Shown here piece by piece: positions 17,301 through 27,111 of a stretch of DNA of 64,000 nucleotides. Position numbers and translations under genes: made by a program. How positions within the stretch are numbered: position 1 is the stretch's first letter; each line of letters begins with the position of its first letter. This stretch comes from Oscillospiraceae bacterium (GTDB lineage: Bacteria > Bacillota > Clostridia > Oscillospirales > Oscillospiraceae): contig JAFQCY010000071.1 in the NCBI GenBank assembly GCA_017399355.1, positions 1,611-65,610 of the forward strand. Reading direction: 5' to 3'. The notes beneath the pieces are model-generated. The model saw only the letters and a list, made by a program, of their open reading frames with translations. It had not been told where the DNA came from and searched no databases.

Positions 17301-18098
17301 CTGCTTTAAATGGGAATACAGATAAAGTGTATCAACCTGCTGATCCTTCCCCAGAGTAAGATGAACATCGCCGATGCTCCGGCTTTGTACTGCGCCACAT
17401 TCCAGAAATACGGAAACGGAAGCTTTATGATCCAGGATTAGTTCCACATCCCCTGTGTCGTGGCGGTCGCTGCCTGCTGTAATACTACGATAAGCGCCGC
17501 CGTAAAGCCGAAGAGAGATATCATCCACCACGGCAGGAGCAATGCGATAGCCACCACGAAGATTGAAATAGCAATCCGTATCGTTAGCGGTAACGACCCT
17601 TCCCCTCCGGGTGAGAACAAAGCTCTCCTCTGCAGTGAAGTCCGTTCCTGCATAGATTGTAACCGGATCTTTTTGCGTAGCGGAAAGCAAGTTAATGGTA
17701 AGATCCTTCAGGCAGGTAGGGCCCGGAAACTGTATATTCAGCCGATTCCCTCCACCGGGCTCTCCCAAGTGAAGAACCGAATCCGACTCGGAAGAGATCG
17801 TCAGTTTCCCTTTATGAAAGTCCTCCGGCAAAAAAGATTCATTCTGCACAAGGTCTCCGCAGAGAATCAGCAAGCCACTCGCTTGAGAGGAATTGAAGAA
17901 CTCCTGATTTGCAGATAGACACTCATATGCTGCCGCAAGGGAATTGACAGCCTGTTCGGGGCTGCTACCATCGCCGCAAAATTCATTGCTTCCGTCCAGG
18001 TAAACGGTGATGCAATACGGATCCGATGCCAAACCGCTCGGACAAAAGGGCAGCAGAAGCGCAAGGATCAGCAGCAGTGACAAAAGGATTCGCTTCAA
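14388..18098 (-). CDS. Secreted SLH-anchored protein with LamG-like and calcineurin-like metallophosphoesterase domains
   Basis: TTG start with GAGGAGG SD; signal peptide; LamG-like WHMIAVT..IYVD..IGAD..GRIDDLKVY; metal motifs SDVH, GDFAD, GNHE, GH, GHLH; three C-terminal SLH repeats (FSDV, FLDV, FTDA; FAPNQPASRE). Confidence 0.85.
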   Translation of the reverse strand: MKRILLSLLLILALLLPFCPSGLASDPYCITVYLDGSNEFCGDGSSPEQAVNSLAAAYECLSANQEFFNSSQASGLLILCGDLVQNESFLPEDFHKGKLTISSESDSVLHLGEPGGGNRLNIQFPGPTCLKDLTINLLSATQKDPVTIYAGTDFTAEESFVLTRRGRVVTANDTDCYFNLRGGYRIAPAVVDDISLRLYGGAYRSITAGSDRHDTGDVELILDHKASVSVFLECGAVQSRSIGDVHLTLGKDQQVDTLYLYSHLKQDSDAVMGSLTMDIYGNVSSLQPQRNHSSGKARAVRNGDLTMNIHPGGTISALGTDYSLKTEQCVIAGDAVLNVFSYDGKSLYGLSHYDRVTLLGKDTALPTDPKEGVSVCGYEGDLGLELGGIAAVQILGSSDVSYLYEFPSDLPVFVEEGSVLRLSRERNMHLPTFASGNVVFLDPSSDPVSPVLWIDFEEEIIDRSGFANQGVISGLADYVEGYDGGTALAIHNSFGEKAQNYLSIRDLKGVDLSGDNYTILFQYRADCGGMDQWTGSGKEVDPNIGLNFQQLRAGGTLLSAGRFTLAHLPQNAYLTAALGDMSVGGMYQLQDGRWHMIAVTINQRDNCRIYVDDIPVATLEITEHSSYSNDLAIGADLFGSYGLGKGRIDDLKVYPCALTPLQIAEECLFRQSRTLLHEIRRYGETFEINFSEELSSGMEELASLLTESSSAEYRYERYQELRTLFHTELERENEAYDMGLALISDVHIGKVGDAHAQAFGRVFADFANIPNLKGVVIPGDFADNSTSTAVEAAFDSLDLLMGDQTSLQVFAAYGNHEVRYISEQECFNTGAVQFWEELQSYFHTSVDVRLDSVCNYSYAMTYNGYHFLILNTDNPGQHGNAATSDDPNADPIRRGMYLERSTLQWIEKLLTYYDLDEYPVFVIGHFPFADSVPFSGYSTDPLKDNSIGDQGPELANILGRHDKLVYICGHLHSGLGISGPVTIQAENGGSFSQINLPSLKASPRGYMGSTASWYLFAAKDKILLRARDFLRGEWLTEYDAILYPISADECSGDDTCPSGSFSDVAEQSWYHHQLDAAIQMGWIKGMSHSTFEPDISIDRAMLVTVLYRAAGEPKYTSTSPFLDVSPNEYYYHAVCWAAEKGIVKGISETQFAPNQPASREMIAVILHRMANLPKSDTLPPFTDAEQISFYAREALAWAAKEKIFTGYPDGSLRPGAPMSRAELVAVLVRSLYLFLS

Positions 18099-18122
18099 AA
18101 GAATCCCTCCTCAAATAGAACA

Positions 18123-18146
18123 AGGGCGTGTCCGTAGACACGCCCT
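18123..18146 (-). terminator. Terminator after ispH-rpsA
   Basis: 10-bp stem AGGGCGTGTC/GACACGCCCT with a 4-nt loop and a T-rich tail on the minus strand. Confidence 0.75.
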
Positions 18147-18157
18147 GTTGTGATTAC

Positions 18158-20119
18158 TTACTCAGCAGCTTCCTCGGCCTCTTCCGCAGCGGGAGCAGCG
18201 GGCTCCAGCAGAGCACGGATGGACAGGGAGATGCGCTTGCGGTCAGCATCGACCTCGATGATCTTGGCTTCCACTTCCTGGCCCTCGCTCACAGCATCAG
18301 CGACCTTCTCAACACGATGGTCAGCCAGCTGGGAGATGTGGATCAGGCCATCGACGCCGGGCAGGATCTCTGCGAAGGCACCGAACTCAACGATCTTAAC
18401 GACCTTGACAGTAGCGGTATCGCCCACAGCATACTTCGTGGTGAACTGATTCCAGGGGTTCATCTCGGCGGTCTTGTAGCCCAGGGAGATCTTCTTCTTC
18501 TCGGCATCGAACTTGATGACGAAAACTTCGATGGTATCGCCAACCTTGACAACCTCATCGGGAGTCTTGATGCGGCCCCAGCTCAGCTCGGAGATGTGAA
18601 CCATGCCGTCCACGCCGCCGATGTCCACGAATGCGCCATAGCTGGTCATGGACTTAACAGTGCCGGTATACTTCTTGCCAACTTCGATCTCGCTCCACAG
18701 CTTCTCGATGGCAGCACGGCGGCTCTCTCTGGTCACGTCAGTGATGGAGCCGAGGACTCTGCGGCGAGCACGGTTGAACTCACGGATCTTCAGCTGAACG
18801 GTCTGGCCCTTCAGGGTGCCCAGATCGCCGCCCTTGGCAATACCGGTCTGGGAAGCGGGGATGAACACACGAACACCCTTAACGTTGGCAACAACGCCGC
18901 CCTTGTTCTCTTCGGTGATGACACCTTCCACAACGGTCTTGTTCTCACAAGCGGCTTCCAGGTCGTCCCAGATCTTCATGCCTTCCAGCTTCTTCTTGCT
19001 CAGCTGAACGGTGCCTTCCTGATCGTTTACACGAACGACAAAGACTTCGATCTCGTCGCCGACATGCAGAACGTCCTCAGGCTTTACAGTGGGGTCTGCG
19101 CTGACTTCGTCATACGGGATGTAACCGGCATGCTTGGTGCCCAGATCGACCTGGACTTCAGTGGAACCGATTGCAACAACAGTACCAAGTACCTTATCTC
19201 CTGTATTCAAAGTCTTGATGGAGTTTTCGAGCATTGCCTCAAAGCTCTCCTCAACTACATCAATGTTATTGGTAATTTCGCTCATAGTCTTATTGACCTC
19301 CTTTATAATCCACGCAGGGGTCGAAGCTCCTGCAGTGATACCAATTTCAGATGCGCCGGAATAATCCTCTGCGCATAATTCGCCGGCATGATCCACAAGC
19401 TTGACCTGCTTGCAGTGCTGCGAACAAATGTGTACCAGGCGGCCGGTATTAGAGCTATGGCGGTCGCCCACCACGATCATGGCATCGCATTTGGATGCCA
19501 GCTCCGCGGCCTCGGTCTGTCGATTTTCAGTCGCTTTGCATATTGTATCAAATATTTCGAGATTTGTACACACTTTTTTTGCAATTTTCTTGCAAGATTC
19601 CCATAAAAATTGCGTACTTGTAGTCTGAGAGACCAGAGTAATGGGTTTCAAGCTATTTTCAGGGCTTTCATTGAGCCAGTTTTCCAATGCAATGTCATCG
19701 GCAAACACCAGAGGATGATTGCACCAGCCTGCAATAGCCAGAACCTCCGGGTGACTGGGAGTGCCGATGATTACAGGCTGTCTGCCTTGCTCTTCTGCCG
19801 CAGCTACCAGCTTATGGATCCGCTTGACAGAGGGGCAGGTGGCATCGATTACCTCTGCGCAGCGAGCCTTTAGGGCCTCATAGGTGGCTCTGGGTACACC
19901 GTGAGAGCGAATGATCACGCAGGCATCGGGGTCGATCCGGTCAACCTCAGAGCATTCCAGAACACCCAGCTCCTCGAAATGCTGCACCAGATGGCGATTG
20001 TGGGCAATGGGGCCAAAGGTGACTGCCTTTTTCCGATCACGGATGGCCTGATCCACAAGATCAACGGCACGATTCACGCCGTAACAAAAGCCGGCGGTTT
20101 TTGCAATTTGAATCTTCAA
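18158..20119 (-). CDS. ispH-rpsA: Bifunctional IspH (HMBPP reductase) / ribosomal protein S1 fusion
   Basis: [37 protein letters not shown] followed in frame by four S1 repeats. Confidence 0.95.
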   Translation of the reverse strand: MKIQIAKTAGFCYGVNRAVDLVDQAIRDRKKAVTFGPIAHNRHLVQHFEELGVLECSEVDRIDPDACVIIRSHGVPRATYEALKARCAEVIDATCPSVKRIHKLVAAAEEQGRQPVIIGTPSHPEVLAIAGWCNHPLVFADDIALENWLNESPENSLKPITLVSQTTSTQFLWESCKKIAKKVCTNLEIFDTICKATENRQTEAAELASKCDAMIVVGDRHSSNTGRLVHICSQHCKQVKLVDHAGELCAEDYSGASEIGITAGASTPAWIIKEVNKTMSEITNNIDVVEESFEAMLENSIKTLNTGDKVLGTVVAIGSTEVQVDLGTKHAGYIPYDEVSADPTVKPEDVLHVGDEIEVFVVRVNDQEGTVQLSKKKLEGMKIWDDLEAACENKTVVEGVITEENKGGVVANVKGVRVFIPASQTGIAKGGDLGTLKGQTVQLKIREFNRARRRVLGSITDVTRESRRAAIEKLWSEIEVGKKYTGTVKSMTSYGAFVDIGGVDGMVHISELSWGRIKTPDEVVKVGDTIEVFVIKFDAEKKKISLGYKTAEMNPWNQFTTKYAVGDTATVKVVKIVEFGAFAEILPGVDGLIHISQLADHRVEKVADAVSEGQEVEAKIIEVDADRKRISLSIRALLEPAAPAAEEAEEAAE

Positions 20120-20718
20120 ATTCCCTCACCTAACCCGTAAATGGTCTTCATCAAATGCTGGGTTCCGTCCACAAGCTCTTCCGGTGTAGGCTTCGGAGAG
20201 GTGGCCGGGAAATAGGGTCTGCCAATGATCACATGGATAGGACGAAAAAGCTTTTTATGCATGGTGACATAGGCCGGAACGATGGGACAGCGTGTCCGAC
20301 CGGCCAGGAGTACCGATCCAATATGGGGATCAGAGTCCTTTTCTGTTCGTACTCGGGTACCTTCCGGAAAAACAACCAGCTTTTCCCCATCCCGTAAGAT
20401 CTTCATTGCGGTCTTGATGGCAACCAGATCGTTGCCGTCCCGGTTGACAAAAATACAGCCCAGTTTTTTACAGAACCAGCTGAGTACAGGGACTTTCGAA
20501 AGCTCCTGTTTTGCCATAACTCTGGGCATCTTAGGTAGATTCGCATAGCCTACCAGCCAAATGGGGTCTGAAAATGCGCTATGGTTGCTGCATAAAATGC
20601 AGGCGCCCTCGGGGATATTGTCCTTTCCCTCAAGGATCACCCGTGGATGGATGATCCGAAATACCCCGAGGATAAGCGCCCGCAGGAAACGGTAAGTTCG
20701 TGTGGAGAAACGTTTCAT
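20116..20718 (-). CDS. plsC: 1-acyl-sn-glycerol-3-phosphate acyltransferase
   Basis: NHSAFSD (HX4D), FPEGTR. Confidence 0.92.
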   Translation of the reverse strand: MKRFSTRTYRFLRALILGVFRIIHPRVILEGKDNIPEGACILCSNHSAFSDPIWLVGYANLPKMPRVMAKQELSKVPVLSWFCKKLGCIFVNRDGNDLVAIKTAMKILRDGEKLVVFPEGTRVRTEKDSDPHIGSVLLAGRTRCPIVPAYVTMHKKLFRPIHVIIGRPYFPATSPKPTPEELVDGTQHLMKTIYGLGEGI

Positions 20719-21395
20719 AGTCCGATCTTCTTTCGAATAGTTTGTACTACAGTCTCAATACTCTGATTCAAATCCAGGTCTGAGGTGTCTATCATAACAG
20801 CATCTTCTGCAGGCACCAGAGGCGCTACAGCACGATGGCTGTCACGGTAGTCCCGCTCCTCCATCTCACGGAGCACATCCTCATAGGTTTGGTCGATCCC
20901 CTTTTGCTGAAGCTCCAAATATCTGCGCTTCGCCCTAACCTGAGCGGAGGCAAACAAGAAAATCTTCACATCCGCATTTGGAAGGACCACCGTACCGATA
21001 TCCCGGCCATCCATGATCACGCTGTGCTCACAAGCGATCTTCCGCTGGGTCTCCAGCAGGAAATCGCGAACCGCAGCAACGGCAGAGAGCTTGGAGGTCA
21101 GGTCGGAAATATGAGGCTGACGAATCAAGGCAGTAACATCCTCGCCATTCAGGATCATATGCTGCACCCCATCCTCGGACCAGAAGGGGCGTACATCAAA
21201 GCGGGAGAGTACTTGCTGTAAATCTTCAGATTCGGGACTGACTCCTGCGGTATGGATTCCGTAAGCAAGGGTGCGATAGATGGCACCGGTATCTACATAG
21301 ACAAAGCCTAAGTTCTGTGCGGCTTTCCTTGCGATGGTACTCTTCCCTGCCCCGGCAGGTCCGTCAATGGCGATAGAATATAATCTGTCTGTCAT
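20715..21395 (-). CDS. cmk: Cytidylate kinase
   Basis: IAIDGPAGAGKST, DTGAIYR, DGRDIGTVV. Start re-placed at ATG 21395. Confidence 0.96.
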   Translation of the reverse strand: MTDRLYSIAIDGPAGAGKSTIARKAAQNLGFVYVDTGAIYRTLAYGIHTAGVSPESEDLQQVLSRFDVRPFWSEDGVQHMILNGEDVTALIRQPHISDLTSKLSAVAAVRDFLLETQRKIACEHSVIMDGRDIGTVVLPNADVKIFLFASAQVRAKRRYLELQQKGIDQTYEDVLREMEERDYRDSHRAVAPLVPAEDAVMIDTSDLDLNQSIETVVQTIRKKIGL

Positions 21396-21423
21396 TTTTC
21401 TGCTCCATTCAAAATTCCTATCT

Positions 21424-21452
21424 ATTATATTGGATTTTTCTTCGTTTGTCAA
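21424..21452 (-). promoter_or_regulatory. Consensus sigmaA promoter for cmk-plsC-ispH/rpsA
   Basis: Perfect TTGACA-N17-TATAAT. Confidence 0.88.
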
Positions 21453-21453
21453 T

Positions 21454-22695
21454 CTATTTCCCTTCAGAACAGCTGATTGCTGCAACATATGCAGTTGCCC
21501 AGGCAATTTGAAGATTAAAACCGCCGGTATATGCATCGCAATCCAGGATCTCTCCGGCAAAATACAAGCCCTGTACCAGCTTGGATTCCATGGTTTTGGG
21601 ATCAACTTCCTTGGTATTGATGCCGCCTCGGGTAATAATCGCCTCTTCCACAGGCCGAAGCTTGCTGATGGGGATCAGAAAACGCTTCGTGTGCTCCAGA
21701 AGCAAGCGGCGCTGCTGTTTGGTCAGGGCATTGGCCTTCATGGTGGGATCGATCCCGGCTCGATCCAGAAGAACAGGGATCATGGATGCGGGATATAGAT
21801 CCGCCAGGGCGTTTTCCATAGAGCGATTGGCATACTGCTCCAGATCACGCAAAAATCTGGCATCCAGCTTGGCTTCGTCCAATGCAGGCTTCAGATCCAG
21901 CGCCACAGTATAGCACTGCCCGGGCTTCATATGAGCAGAGGCAGACAATGCCATAGGGCCGGAAATACCAAAATGTGTAAACAGCAGCTCGCCAAAATCC
22001 CGGAATACCACCTTATTTTTCTGATCCAGAAGCTTCAGCTCCGTATTGCGCAGAGATAAGCCCTGCATCCTATGGCAATCGCTGTCACTCTCCATAGGAA
22101 CCAGGGAGCCACAGGTTGGAACGATGCTATGGCCCAAAGACTCCGCAAAGCGATATCCGTCGCCGGTGGAGCCGGTCAAGGGATAGGAGAGGCCGCCGGT
22201 TGCAAGGATCGCCTTGGAGCAGGAAATGATACCCTGATCGGTCTTGACCCCCTGAAGCAGGCCGTCTCTGGCCAGCAAACCCGTTACCCTGCAATGGCGA
22301 ATCTCCACCTGATACTGCTGCAGCTTTCGATGGAGCGCAGCAAGAATATCCGCAGAACGGTCCGTAACCGGGAAAACCCGATTTCCACGCTCCACCTTCA
22401 GAGGGCATCCGGCATCCTCAAAGAAGGTCATGATCCCCTCCGGAGAAAGCCGGGACAAGCTGCTAAATAGAAACCGACCATTTCTGGGTATATTTTTCAG
22501 TACCTCATCGGAAGTACAAGCATTTGTAACATTGCAACGACCTTTTCCGGTAATTAAGAGTTTTTTACCCAAACGGTCGTTTTTTTCCAGAAGCAGGACA
22601 TGAAGGCCCTGCTTTGCTGCGGTGATGGCTGCAAACATTCCGGCAGCGCCGCCGCCGATGATCACAAGGTCATTCGTGGATTTTTTCATAGACAT
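21454..22695 (-). CDS. HI0933/BaiN-family FAD-dependent oxidoreductase
   Basis: IIGGGAAG, GKKLLITGKGRCNVTN, ATGG.SYP..GSTGDGY, TGGFNLQ. Confidence 0.92.
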   Translation of the reverse strand: MSMKKSTNDLVIIGGGAAGMFAAITAAKQGLHVLLLEKNDRLGKKLLITGKGRCNVTNACTSDEVLKNIPRNGRFLFSSLSRLSPEGIMTFFEDAGCPLKVERGNRVFPVTDRSADILAALHRKLQQYQVEIRHCRVTGLLARDGLLQGVKTDQGIISCSKAILATGGLSYPLTGSTGDGYRFAESLGHSIVPTCGSLVPMESDSDCHRMQGLSLRNTELKLLDQKNKVVFRDFGELLFTHFGISGPMALSASAHMKPGQCYTVALDLKPALDEAKLDARFLRDLEQYANRSMENALADLYPASMIPVLLDRAGIDPTMKANALTKQQRRLLLEHTKRFLIPISKLRPVEEAIITRGGINTKEVDPKTMESKLVQGLYFAGEILDCDAYTGGFNLQIAWATAYVAAISCSEGK

Positions 22696-23533
22696 GATTC
22701 TGCTCCCATATAGTTTCCAATTGATTCAGCGTAAGCTCCAGTTCTTTTTCCCGTTTCTGGGCAAGGGCGACCAGCAGGGCATTGATTACGCTCATTGGTG
22801 CAACCAAGGAATCGACCAGGGAAAGCATATCGCTGACTGCGCTTAAGGTAAACTCAGCTTGTCCATAAAGAGGCGATGCAGCGCCATCAGTCAATGCAAT
22901 GGTTGCCGCACCAACCTGGCGGGCATGTCGCATTGCCTTTACTGTTGCAGAAGCGTATCTTGGAAAGCTGATGCCGATCAAAGCATCAGAGGGGCCCATA
23001 TGGATGATCTGGTCAAAGACCTCGCTTTCCGATCCGCTGACGACCAAATGGACAGTATCGAACATATATTTCAAGTAATAAGCCAAAAAGGATGCCAACG
23101 AAGAGGAGGAACGCAGTCCGATGACGTAGATCCCTTTGGCATAGACCAGCGCATTGACGGCACCCTGAAACGCATCGGAGGAGATCAGCTCCATGCTTTT
23201 ACGGATCCGATCCATATCGGCCTGCATCACATTCGTAAGAAGGTCGTCCCCTGCTACCGTAGGGGTGGATACCTCAATCCGCTGCACCGCAGAAAGATGA
23301 GAGCGCACCAGCTCCTGAAGGGCCTTCTGCATCTGGGGATAGCCCTCATAACCAAGCTCGCAGGCAAAGCGCACCACCGTGGATTCAGAGACCTGAACCG
23401 TCTTACCCAGGGACAGTGCTGTCAAGAATGCAGCCTTTTCGTAGGAAGAAAGTATGTATTCGGCGATCTTGCGCTGCCCTTTGGAAAGAGAGGGCAAGCG
23501 GGCCTGAATTTGACTTAATACATCATCACGCAT
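22670..23533 (-). CDS. MurR/RpiR-family transcriptional regulator
   Basis: VSESTVVRFA..LGYEGY HTH plus SIS domain (ISFPRY). Confidence 0.92.
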   Translation of the reverse strand: MRDDVLSQIQARLPSLSKGQRKIAEYILSSYEKAAFLTALSLGKTVQVSESTVVRFACELGYEGYPQMQKALQELVRSHLSAVQRIEVSTPTVAGDDLLTNVMQADMDRIRKSMELISSDAFQGAVNALVYAKGIYVIGLRSSSSLASFLAYYLKYMFDTVHLVVSGSESEVFDQIIHMGPSDALIGISFPRYASATVKAMRHARQVGAATIALTDGAASPLYGQAEFTLSAVSDMLSLVDSLVAPMSVINALLVALAQKREKELELTLNQLETIWEQNHVYEKIHE

Positions 23534-24242
23534 TTTGTACCTCTTGTTTTATGAGGAAGAGCTCCTCCTCGGTCAGATAGCGCCATTTTCCGGGCCGCAA
23601 AGTCCCCAGACGTAAGCTGCCTTCCTGTACTCTGCAAAGTCGCAGGACTTCCAGCCCCGCTGCTTCGCACATTCTGCGGATCTGACGATTGCGTCCCTCG
23701 TGGATGGTGATCTCGAAGCTTGCCTTTTCGTCCTTCTGCCGCAGCAAGCGAACCTGAGGAGGGCGGATGGGGCGGCCATCTAAAACAATGGGGCGGGTTA
23801 AACGCTCCTCGGCATGCTCCAATTCCCCCCGGACGGTCACTTCATATACTTTAGGAATCCCATGCCGGGGATGCATCAGAGCATTGGCAAGGGCTCCATC
23901 ATTGGTAAAGAGCAGAAGGCCCTCCGAAGCATAGTCCAGGCGCCCCACCGGATAGACCCGGCAGCCGCAATCCACCAGGGATGCGGCTGTTTTTCTGCCC
24001 TTTTCATCATGAAGGGTGGTAACATAGCCTCTGGGCTTATAGAGCATCAGCCAAACCGGTTCCGGCTGCAGGGGAAGCTTCTTACCATCGATCAGGATGA
24101 GATCTGTATTGGGATCTGCTTGGTCTCCCAGCTTTGCAGGAATGCCATTGACGGTGATCCTGCCTTCAAGAAGCAGCTTCTCAGCGGCTCTCCGGGAGGT
24201 CAAGCCCCGGGCTGACAGTATTTTCTGTATACGTTCCTTCAT
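23526..24242 (-). CDS. rluB: rRNA pseudouridine synthase (RluB/RsuA family)
   Basis: S4 domain ERIQKIL..SRRAAE, GRLD catalytic motif, EGRNRQIRRM. Start ATG 24242. Confidence 0.88.
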   Translation of the reverse strand: MKERIQKILSARGLTSRRAAEKLLLEGRITVNGIPAKLGDQADPNTDLILIDGKKLPLQPEPVWLMLYKPRGYVTTLHDEKGRKTAASLVDCGCRVYPVGRLDYASEGLLLFTNDGALANALMHPRHGIPKVYEVTVRGELEHAEERLTRPIVLDGRPIRPPQVRLLRQKDEKASFEITIHEGRNRQIRRMCEAAGLEVLRLCRVQEGSLRLGTLRPGKWRYLTEEELFLIKQEVQNA

Positions 24243-25281
24243 GGACTTCTCCTCCCCAGAGTAAGGTGATCTCCGCAAGTTTACGGTCTCCGATCTTTAC
24301 AGCACCAAATCCGGCATAGGTGCCCGGTTCTCCGGGCTGAAAAAATACCTTAGGATGGAGGGGTGTTACGATCAAACGGTCTTCGGAAAGACCGGACAGT
24401 TGAAACTCCTCGCCTGCCAAAAGCTGGGCTTTACTTCCATCCAATAGGGTGATCTCTGCTACCGCATCCCCCTTATGAATGGAGAGCTCATCGGAGTAGA
24501 GGCCAAAGCCATAGTCATACAGACTATTGTGATCTTTCCAGTCATTGCCGTCGCATATGGTAACGGCGATGAGCCTTCTTCCATTACGCTCTGCAGCGCT
24601 GACCAGGATCCTTCCCGCTGCCTTGGTATACCCGGTTTTGACGCCGATGCACCCATCCAAGTTCCAAAGCAGTTTATTATGATTTTGCAGACAGCGACCG
24701 CCGAAAGAGATGCTCCGGGTTGATACGATCTTCAAGAACTCCTCATTCCGAAGGGCATAGGCGGTCAGCTTACCCAGATCCTCGGCTGTAGAATAGTGCC
24801 TATCCCCATCCAGGCCGCTGGGGTTTTCAAAATGAGTATGGATCAGCTCCAATTCCGCTGCCTTTAAATTCATCAAGTCAACAAATTCCGGAACGCTGTC
24901 GCTGCAGGCTAAGGCCAGGGCAACGGCTGCATCATTCCCGGAGGACAGCATAAGACCATAGAGCAGCTGCCGAATGGTCAGCTCCTCCCCCTCTTTCAAA
25001 TATATGGAGGAACCTTCAATTCCCACAGCTTCTGCTGGAATTTGGAAGGTCCGATCCGGATCGCAATGCTCCAATACCACAACCGCTGTCATGATCTTGG
25101 TGGTGCTTGCAATCAGGGAACGTGTCCCGGCCCGATCCGAGAATAGCACCCGGCCGGTATCTGCATCCATAAGGAGGGCACTTTGGGCGCTGTGCCCCGG
25201 ATATGCAGCGCCTTGTAACGTGAGAAAGACGGTAGCAGCTATGGCGGCTACCGTCCTGATAATTCCTTTCGTCATCGCCAA
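24181..25281 (-). CDS. D-alanyl-D-alanine carboxypeptidase (DacB/DacF type)
   Basis: STTK, SGN and KTG penicillin-binding motifs; signal peptide. Confidence 0.92.
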   Translation of the reverse strand: MAMTKGIIRTVAAIAATVFLTLQGAAYPGHSAQSALLMDADTGRVLFSDRAGTRSLIASTTKIMTAVVVLEHCDPDRTFQIPAEAVGIEGSSIYLKEGEELTIRQLLYGLMLSSGNDAAVALALACSDSVPEFVDLMNLKAAELELIHTHFENPSGLDGDRHYSTAEDLGKLTAYALRNEEFLKIVSTRSISFGGRCLQNHNKLLWNLDGCIGVKTGYTKAAGRILVSAAERNGRRLIAVTICDGNDWKDHNSLYDYGFGLYSDELSIHKGDAVAEITLLDGSKAQLLAGEEFQLSGLSEDRLIVTPLHPKVFFQPGEPGTYAGFGAVKIGDRKLAEITLLWGGEVHEGTYTENTVSPGLDLPESR

Positions 25282-25324
25282 TCACCGCAGTTAGCCTGCG
25301 CTGCGGTGGGGCGTTTTACTCCTG

Positions 25325-25726
25325 TTAAATATCGGTAAGATCCAGCTCGTCAGAATTCTTCTTACCAAGGAGCCGGGAAATCTGATCGATCAGCTCGGGG
25401 AGCTGCTCGATGATCCGCTCGGCAGCACCGGTGGCAGGCTCGTTGACGGGGAGGATCCGAACTCTTCCCTCCTGCAGGCAGATCATGCCAACAGGAGTGA
25501 TCTTCACTCCGCAACCCGCACCGCCGCCAAAGCTACCGGATGCAGCGCCGTTTTTCTTGGCAAAATCCGCACCGCCGGAAGCTAAAGCAAAGCTGATTTT
25601 GGAAATGGGAATCAGGGTGAGATCGTCGCCCAGGACAATGGGATCTCCCACCACGGTATTTGCATCCACCATTTCCCGTACTTTGGACATGGAAGCGCCT
25701 AAAACTTCAGAAACATTCTTACTCAT
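25325..25726 (-). CDS. ytfJ: Sporulation protein YtfJ/GerW family
   Basis: VDANTVVGDPI, IPISK, FGGGAGCGVKITP. Confidence 0.9.
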   Translation of the reverse strand: MSKNVSEVLGASMSKVREMVDANTVVGDPIVLGDDLTLIPISKISFALASGGADFAKKNGAASGSFGGGAGCGVKITPVGMICLQEGRVRILPVNEPATGAAERIIEQLPELIDQISRLLGKKNSDELDLTDI

Positions 25727-26286
25727 AATGGGATCTCCTCCTGTACATGTTCGGGCAGTTCTCGTTTGCCAAACTGCATCTTATCAATTTCGGGAAGCTC
25801 GTCCAGAGAGCTTAAGCCGAAAGTTCTCAAAAAATCGGGGGTGGTGCGATACAAAATGGGTCTGCCTGGGACATTTAGTCTGCCGCATTCTTCGATCAGA
25901 TGTTTATTCAGCAGCGCTCCCATACTATAGGAGCTGTCCACGCCACGGATCTGCTCTACATAAGCACGGGTTGCAGGCTGATAATATGCAACGATGGTCA
26001 AGGTCTCCAGCTGCGAAGCGGAGAGCTTCGGCGGTTTGCGGGTCTCGAGAGCCTTCGTTACATAGGCGGAGAATTCTCCTGCAGAACACATTTGATAGGC
26101 TTTTTCCAGACAGACGATACGAATACCGCTCCTGGAAAAGGCCAGCCGATCCATCAGCGCTTTTACAGCCTGCTCTACCTCGTCCTCATCACACTCCGTG
26201 GCCATGGCAAGTCGGGATCGCTCCACAGGCTCACCTGCTGCAAAGAGGATGGCTTCGATGATTTTTTCAAGTTCATTGCGCTCCAT
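25723..26286 (-). CDS. scpB: SMC-Scp complex subunit ScpB
   Basis: IEAILFAAGEP, LETL.IVAYYQP, IRGVDS, GRPILYRTT..FL..FGL.SLDELP. Confidence 0.95.
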   Translation of the reverse strand: MERNELEKIIEAILFAAGEPVERSRLAMATECDEDEVEQAVKALMDRLAFSRSGIRIVCLEKAYQMCSAGEFSAYVTKALETRKPPKLSASQLETLTIVAYYQPATRAYVEQIRGVDSSYSMGALLNKHLIEECGRLNVPGRPILYRTTPDFLRTFGLSSLDELPEIDKMQFGKRELPEHVQEEIPL

Positions 26287-27072
26287 CGGTATTCTCCATT
26301 TCTCCATCCGGCATTTTACAGAAGCGGACGGTAACATCCTCATCCTGCCCTTCCAGGGATACAGAATTCATTCTGCACAGCTCCAGAACAGCGAGGAATG
26401 TCGCAACGATCTCGCTGCGGGAGCGACTTCCCCGAAACAGGCTGCGGAATTTCTCAAAGCCTCGCATCAGCAGGCGCTTTAACTCTGGGCCGCTTTCTTT
26501 GTCACAGGATAAGGCTCTGCGCCCACAATGCCCTGGAAATTGGCAATCGGAGGCGGCAGCTTCCGTTCACTGCGCTCTGCAATGGCGGAAAAGGCCTTCA
26601 GAAGATCCGATTTATCATGCTGGTAACGATATGTGGAATCGGTTCTCAGAGGCTCCGGCTGCTTGGTAAAAAGGTTGCAGCCGATCTCATTTCTGGGAAA
26701 CAGGAAGTCCGCCGCTTTTCGGATCTGCTCATAGGCCTCCGCACGCTGCCGCTCCTCCAGAGAGCGGATCAACAGCTCCATTTCCGACATAGCCTCTTCC
26801 CGCTCTGCAGCAGAAAGCAGCATCTTGGTCTTAATGAGCATCAGATGAGAGGCCATGGCAATAAACTCGCTGGCGATCTCCATATCCAGGCGCTTCATCT
26901 CCTCTAAGTAGGCAAGATACTGCTCTAAAATAGAGGTAATGCTCACATCCTGGATCTCTATTTTGTTTTTACTCAGCAGCAGGAGGATCACATCCAGAGG
27001 CCCGTCAAAATCGGCAGGCAAAGCATCTCCGGATCGCATCACGCCACTTAAGTGATATTTTGGCTCTTCCAT
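26273..27072 (-). pseudogene. scpA: Kleisin ScpA split by a 1-nt frameshift near 26481 (real lesion or assembly error)
   Basis: N-terminal part (FDGPLDVILLLL..., 26479-27072) stops prematurely; the C-terminal motif EIVATFLAVLEL is in another frame (26273-26467). Confidence 0.8.
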
Positions 27073-27111
27073 CTAAATCCTCATTGATCAGTATTCTATC
27101 ATCGGGGGAAA

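Noticed and set aside
21396-21605. N-terminal extension of cmk in the ORF track (similar extensions on tig, mutS2, ylbJ, moeA-like, scpB and the TIGR03936 gene)
   Set aside because: The extensions overlap upstream genes or promoters; downstream ATGs with SD sequences match the family N-termini.
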